28,641 nucleotides of DNA from a virus. Lineage: Duplodnaviria; Caudoviricetes. Positions 24,200 to 28,641 of the stretch are shown piece by piece; position 1 is the first letter of the stretch, and every line of letters begins with the position of its first letter. The stretch covers positions 1-28,641 of IMG/VR virus record IMGVR_UViG_3300025141_000551; one strand, given 5' to 3'. The notes under the pieces are model-generated. The model did no database searches and was not told the origin of the DNA. It saw only the letters and a list, made by a program, of their open reading frames with translations. The translations under genes were made by a program, and so were the position numbers.

Positions 24200-24895
24200 T
24201 CACCAATCTCCTGCCACTAAGTCTGCATTATCGAATGTGTTAGAACCTGTAGTTAACGTTGGCATTATTGTAGATGCGAATTCGAGGGTTTCCTCGGCTG
24301 CACCATCTGCATTTAATGTCATCGTATGACCTGTCCATTCACACCCTCTTAGGGCGTAAACTGGTCCTGCTGCTGCATTCTTAAGTCTTACATGAACTCT
24401 GTAGCCGTAAGGCCTGTTGCTTGCTGTTTGTCCCTTTGTAAATTTAGGGTTGCTTCTACCGTCATTAATATTCCATGCTGAAGTACCATCCCAGATAACT
24501 CCGAATCTTGCTCCCATTCTTGCAGCATCTGCATTACTTCCATAGAAAGTAGACGTAGCGCTTGGTCCATTGAATAGAATATCGAAGTTGTCATTTGTCT
24601 TCTTCTTGGTTATTGTAACGGTATTTTCTTCTCTTAACTGAACTTTGTGGGTGCTTGTTTGACCGAAGAATGGACCAACATCTTCATCTGAAACACCTAT
24701 ACTGACATCAACGCCAGTTACGTCTGAAAGTAATCCTCCACTAATAGAAGCCCCATTCTCCATTGACGGGAATACAGCGCTGCCTGTAGCAACAACCTTG
24801 GCTTCTCTGGATGTAATCCCTACAGAACTATCATCGCTCTGTGAGGATTCCGTGGTGACGAATACTTCAACGTCTCTTCCTAGGAAATATACCAT
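24200..24895 (-). CDS. Tail tube protein, paralog 1
   Basis: YFLGRD...TTES and GHTMTLNADGAAEETLEF; strong SD AAGGAG and its own promoter-like region upstream. Confidence 0.78.
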   Translation of the reverse strand: MVYFLGRDVEVFVTTESSQSDDSSVGITSREAKVVATGSAVFPSMENGASISGGLLSDVTGVDVSIGVSDEDVGPFFGQTSTHKVQLREENTVTITKKKTNDNFDILFNGPSATSTFYGSNADAARMGARFGVIWDGTSAWNINDGRSNPKFTKGQTASNRPYGYRVHVRLKNAAAGPVYALRGCEWTGHTMTLNADGAAEETLEFASTIMPTLTTGSNTFDNADLVAGDW

Positions 24896-24914
24896 ACTAT
24901 CTTTTCTCCTTTAT

Positions 24915-24985
24915 TTGTCTAGACAACATTGCGAACATTTCACTCGACTATTTTTATATACTCAAGTCTAGTATATAAAGCTTAT
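24915..24985 (-). promoter_or_regulatory. Putative late promoter for the tail tube genes, inside a TATA-containing inverted repeat
   Basis: TTTATATACT-N7-AGTATATAAA (24953-24979) and the perfect palindrome TTGTCTAGACAA (24915-24926) in a 107-nt intergenic gap. Confidence 0.6.
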
Positions 24986-25002
24986 GCTCCTTCGTACTAT
25001 TT

Positions 25003-27192
25003 TTAAGCACCAACTTCCTTATATTTTCGACCTGCGGCTCCACCTGCACCAGCTCTACCAGCCCTAATGAATGGAAGTGTCCACTGTAAAACCTCTTGTC
25101 TTCCACTTGATGTCTGGTTAGCCCAAGGACTATTATCTTCAAAAAACTTTCTATTTCCTTCCCATTTATTGGCTTCAGAACGAGTCTTCCAATGTTGTTC
25201 TCCAGCAGACATTTTCTTTTTCATATTTGCCATAAAATCTCCACTACCCCCCATATTTTCCTTAATATTGGCCATAATCTTAGCATTAAGTGCAGCAATT
25301 ATATCTCTATTACCCTTTACACCTACTTCTACATGAGGAGCTATACTCGTAAGTTCTCTTAATAACATGTCTCCTTCTAATTGTTTTCCTAATAATTTAT
25401 CAATGGCTGCATTTCTATAATATTCATCCATCATTTGTTGTCTTAATCGATTATCTCTATAATCTTGCCATTTAGTATCATTAGCAAACATTGCACTACC
25501 TACTAAATCTATAAAGAATCTATTACCATCACGCATTGCGAGAGTTACTGGGTCAGAAAATGTAGCTCCTCCTTGGTCAATAACCCAATTCCATGAAACT
25601 AAATATTCTTTATTTTGTTTGGCTACATAAAAGGGGGCTACAAATTCAAAACCAGTTCCTTCTCCACCCATCATCATAGCGTCTATTAAACGTACAGCAG
25701 TTTGTCTAGCCTGAAATGTTGCTCCCATATCTACATTAGCACCAAATCCATCCTTTCCTTCCTTTACACCCTCCATTTCTAATTGACCTGCTACTATATT
25801 CATTCTTTGTGCTATATCTCTAGTTTCAAATCCTAATTCTTCAAATGCATTATTAATCATATCTGCTTGTAGTTGATTGAAATCTGTAATAATTTTTACA
25901 GCAGTTTTAACATCTGGAACTGTGGTTTTAAATCCTTCCGCTGCAAAAGCGGCTGAATATCCTCCTTTTTTGTAAAGACTAGCAGCAGTAACTTCAACAC
26001 CTACTGATGAATTTTGTTCTAATTGTACTAATTTCTTTAAATCTCTACCAGCTGCATTATCTAATGACCTTAAAGTATAAACCAAATCACCTTCAGCTCC
26101 TTGTGTTGATATATCAACATTCTGACGATTACCTTTTGAAAATGTTCTAGCATATTCTTTAGGTAAAGCACCTACCTTACTACCCTTTAAGAACTGTTGG
26201 TTTTTGTTTAAATCTCGTTCACCCCATTTTCTCATTAATTCTGGATTATCTATACCTATCCTAGCTGCTTCTCCGTCCTCTGTTAATTTATTACATAAAA
26301 TACCTATACCCAATTCTTCTGGAGATTCACCACCGTAATTTACTCCTTCAGTTACAGGATTTTTATTTATTGTGGGGTCTGATTCAGCATCTGCATAAAT
26401 TTCAGAGATATCATCAAGTATAGATTCTTGGAAGGCTTTAGATGCTTGCGCTAAGAATCCTCTACTAGGTAACCATGCAGGATTACTACCAAATGTTTTA
26501 CCTGTACCTCCTACTAATTTACTTAGAGGGGCTTTAAATGGTAATTCTCTCCATAAATCTTTAGGACCATCTGAGGTAGGATAATCCAACATACTTTCTG
26601 GTTGAGTTAAATTTCTATCATTAACAGAGAGTTTTTCGAGTAACTCATGTAAATTATCAAATTTATCTAAGCCACCAAAAGTTTCAGCAGATTCTCTCCA
26701 GTTATTAGGTTTAATAACACCTCCTTTTGAACCAGTTCCTGCTACAGTCATCTTACCTATTGTTTTACTCATAGCATCCCAAGTTCTGCTTGCCCTAAAA
26801 GCAAACGGTTGTTTAGCACCAGCCTGAGGATGTAAACTACGCAAGTTAACTAACCATGAAGCAACATTACCTCCATATAACCAATGAACATAAGGTAATA
26901 ATACATCTGTAACATAACCTTCTCGCCCTTCTCCTGCGTTAACAGAACTATCTTTCTTTAAAAAATCAAAAGCTTCAGTTCCACCTATAGAAGGACCCCA
27001 TTCTAAATAACTATCATCACCTTCGGAAAATACAGATGTACCGGGATTCTCAGAGAAAATATAATCTGATGCCTTATTAAACTGTTCAATTTTACTTTGT
27101 GCCATAAAGGGTACATATCCCATCATCACCTGTCTATAAACATTCTGTCCTTGACCACGTTGAAACTTATTAGGTAATGTCCACTTAGCCAT
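25003..27192 (-). CDS. 729-aa protein of unknown function in the neck/tail module
   Basis: Long ORF coupled to the tail terminator gene; no motif recognised. Confidence 0.8.
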   Translation of the reverse strand: MAKWTLPNKFQRGQGQNVYRQVMMGYVPFMAQSKIEQFNKASDYIFSENPGTSVFSEGDDSYLEWGPSIGGTEAFDFLKKDSSVNAGEGREGYVTDVLLPYVHWLYGGNVASWLVNLRSLHPQAGAKQPFAFRASRTWDAMSKTIGKMTVAGTGSKGGVIKPNNWRESAETFGGLDKFDNLHELLEKLSVNDRNLTQPESMLDYPTSDGPKDLWRELPFKAPLSKLVGGTGKTFGSNPAWLPSRGFLAQASKAFQESILDDISEIYADAESDPTINKNPVTEGVNYGGESPEELGIGILCNKLTEDGEAARIGIDNPELMRKWGERDLNKNQQFLKGSKVGALPKEYARTFSKGNRQNVDISTQGAEGDLVYTLRSLDNAAGRDLKKLVQLEQNSSVGVEVTAASLYKKGGYSAAFAAEGFKTTVPDVKTAVKIITDFNQLQADMINNAFEELGFETRDIAQRMNIVAGQLEMEGVKEGKDGFGANVDMGATFQARQTAVRLIDAMMMGGEGTGFEFVAPFYVAKQNKEYLVSWNWVIDQGGATFSDPVTLAMRDGNRFFIDLVGSAMFANDTKWQDYRDNRLRQQMMDEYYRNAAIDKLLGKQLEGDMLLRELTSIAPHVEVGVKGNRDIIAALNAKIMANIKENMGGSGDFMANMKKKMSAGEQHWKTRSEANKWEGNRKFFEDNSPWANQTSSGRQEVLQWTLPFIRAGRAGAGGAAGRKYKEVGA

Positions 27193-27194
27193 GC

Positions 27195-27683
27195 TTATCT
27201 AAAATTCTCGAAACTAACACCCATCGTAGCAGTAGCTCCCCATAGTTCTAAATCAGCATTATAAGCTACATCAGAAAAACCATTATAATTTCTTTCTATA
27301 ATTTGTACCTTAGTAGCATCAAAAGATAAATCCATGAGACTATTTGCCACATTGAGCATAGCCCAATTTAATAACCTCCTTTGTTTATATACTTCTGTAG
27401 AACTACCACCATCGGGGGTGATACTCTTAGAAGAAGTTTTATCTACTATAACGTGAAATCTAAACGCAAGGCCATATATCTCTCCTGTTTTATCACTACC
27501 ACCAAATGTAGCGTTCTGTCCATAAAACTGAGTATCTGAACCATTAGCAAGTTGTTCTACTATAATACATGGATAAGAAACATCTATAGCTTCTGGATAT
27601 TGTCCATATACAGTAAAACCAGAAAAGTCTGTTCTAAGCTGGTCTATAATAGCGCGTTCTATAGTATTAATAAAATCAGCCAT
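27195..27683 (-). CDS. Tail terminator/tail completion protein
   Basis: 162 aa; AIIDQLR...VYGQYP...YPCIIVE pattern typical of lambda gpU/SPP1 gp17-like proteins; position in the module. Confidence 0.7.
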   Translation of the reverse strand: MADFINTIERAIIDQLRTDFSGFTVYGQYPEAIDVSYPCIIVEQLANGSDTQFYGQNATFGGSDKTGEIYGLAFRFHVIVDKTSSKSITPDGGSSTEVYKQRRLLNWAMLNVANSLMDLSFDATKVQIIERNYNGFSDVAYNADLELWGATATMGVSFENFR

Positions 27684-28641
27684 ATGCCCTCCTTAGTGAA
27701 TCTCTCCTACCTTTAGTTCTTACACAATTAAATATAATATAGCCGTCAGTCATGTCTTTTAAAGAATGAACATGCCATGATATAGACTTATAATATTCTA
27801 TACCTCTAATCATAACAGTATTACCCTTAGTTCCATCTACACTGAGTTCAAATCTTTCAAAAGGGTTTTCTTCGTTCCAAGCAGAACCACTAGCCATAGT
27901 TAGTGCTGTTCTAGTACCAGCCTTATATATACTAGTACCATCATCTATACTTCCACTCCCAAATGGAACATCTACTGTTAACCAGCTACCTGTAGGTATA
28001 GTTAAAGTACTTCCTGTAGTATAGGTAAGTTTATCATTAGCAGTAGTACCGCTCTGATAAGAACTAAAATTCATAAGCGCTATATTGCTTGCTCCACTAC
28101 CCTTTATTTGGAAGCGTAATCTATCTGCTTCTAGAACATTCTGAGCACTAGCACTATAGTAAAATGTGCCATTCGTATCATCACCGAATGTAGCTGTAAT
28201 AGTTTGCCCATCAGAGGTAAACTCCATATCAGCTGTGCCTGATGCCCATCCAGTTGTGCCAGACGTAGGAACGCTATATATAGTTCTATTGTTAACTATT
28301 AATCTATCCCAACCTTCTATCTCATTAAAATCAGTATTATTATCTTGGTCGAAATTAGGCATATTCTTTATAGTTTCTAAATTAGGAGTATAAACTCTAG
28401 CAGCTCCTATAATATTACCACCTGCTTTTTCAATTTGATAATCCGCAGTAACAGCAGGTCTAATAATAGCTGGTAAGTTGGGCATTAACATCTCACTACC
28501 ACTAACTACGCCTGTTGAAACTCCATAATTATCTTTACCATAAATGGGTGGTCTATGATAAGTGACATATTGAGCCTGTTCTGTTCTATATCTTAAAGCA
28601 CGAAAGACTCTGTTCATATTCAAAGCGCCCGGACGGACACC
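27676..28641 (-). CDS. Head-closure (stopper)-like protein with an inserted jelly-roll/carbohydrate-binding-like domain; probably 5'-truncated
   Basis: VTYHRP...KDNYG...ARVYTP...DRLIVNN [insert] WHVHSL...IFNCVR stopper-like pattern; the frame stays open to the window edge (GVRPGALNM). Confidence 0.6.
   Translation of the reverse strand, partial: GVRPGALNMNRVFRALRYRTEQAQYVTYHRPPIYGKDNYGVSTGVVSGSEMLMPNLPAIIRPAVTADYQIEKAGGNIIGAARVYTPNLETIKNMPNFDQDNNTDFNEIEGWDRLIVNNRTIYSVPTSGTTGWASGTADMEFTSDGQTITATFGDDTNGTFYYSASAQNVLEADRLRFQIKGSGASNIALMNFSSYQSGTTANDKLTYTTGSTLTIPTGSWLTVDVPFGSGSIDDGTSIYKAGTRTALTMASGSAWNEENPFERFELSVDGTKGNTVMIRGIEYYKSISWHVHSLKDMTDGYIIFNCVRTKGRRDSLRRAYG

Noticed and set aside
25003-27192. 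Contractile tail sheath, myovirus or contractile injection system interpretation
   Set aside because: No sheath, wedge or baseplate-J sequences were recognised; the long TP901-type tape measure fits a siphovirus-like tail.
9186-28393. Short + strand and off-frame - strand ORFs within the tail module (for example 13358-13657, 22784-23104, 24954-25142)
   Set aside because: They overlap long structural genes or the promoter gap and have no independent support.
1-28641. tRNA, rRNA, CRISPR array, integrase/transposase, intein, or diversity-generating retroelement
   Set aside because: Intergenic gaps are about 110 nt or less with no cloverleaf or repeat-spacer pattern; polB, nrdJ and the primase show no intein-sized insertions; there is no reverse transcriptase, and the one repeat pair is short and synonymous.
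1-28641. CTAG avoidance as seen in haloarchaeal viruses
   Set aside because: CTAG is frequent here (for example near 433, 1611 and 24919), and GC content and protein acidity do not look halophilic.

Overview
This 28.6 kb AT-rich window comes from a tailed (Caudoviricetes, siphovirus-like) archaeal virus genome. It is most plausibly a magrovirus-type virus of marine Thermoplasmatota/Poseidoniales; that assignment is inferred from gene content only. The + strand arm (1-8633) is a replication/nucleotide module: the 3' part of a family B DNA polymerase ending in a PCNA-binding PIP box, a free-standing His-Me-finger endonuclease-like gene, an Sm/Hfq-like protein, a GT-B glycosyltransferase, a degenerate HAD protein, a PriS-PriL-type fused primase, a chain of micro-ORFs (several missed by the ORF track) and a B12-dependent class II ribonucleotide reductase. 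The - strand arm (8630-28641) is a tail morphogenesis module: head-closure protein, tail terminator, an unexplained 729-aa protein, two paralogous tail-tube proteins, a tail chaperone pair joined by a -1 frameshift site (A AAT TTT), tape measure, two very large tail-tip proteins and a hub protein. The most striking hidden signal is apparent complete avoidance of both GATC and CCWGG, with all 14 Pro-Gly pairs using CCC/CCG. Also notable are non-canonical catalytic motifs in the polymerase (HTD), primase (KGFQ) and HAD protein, palindromic TATA architectures, and domain accretion on neck and tail proteins. All calls were made by eye; no searches were run.
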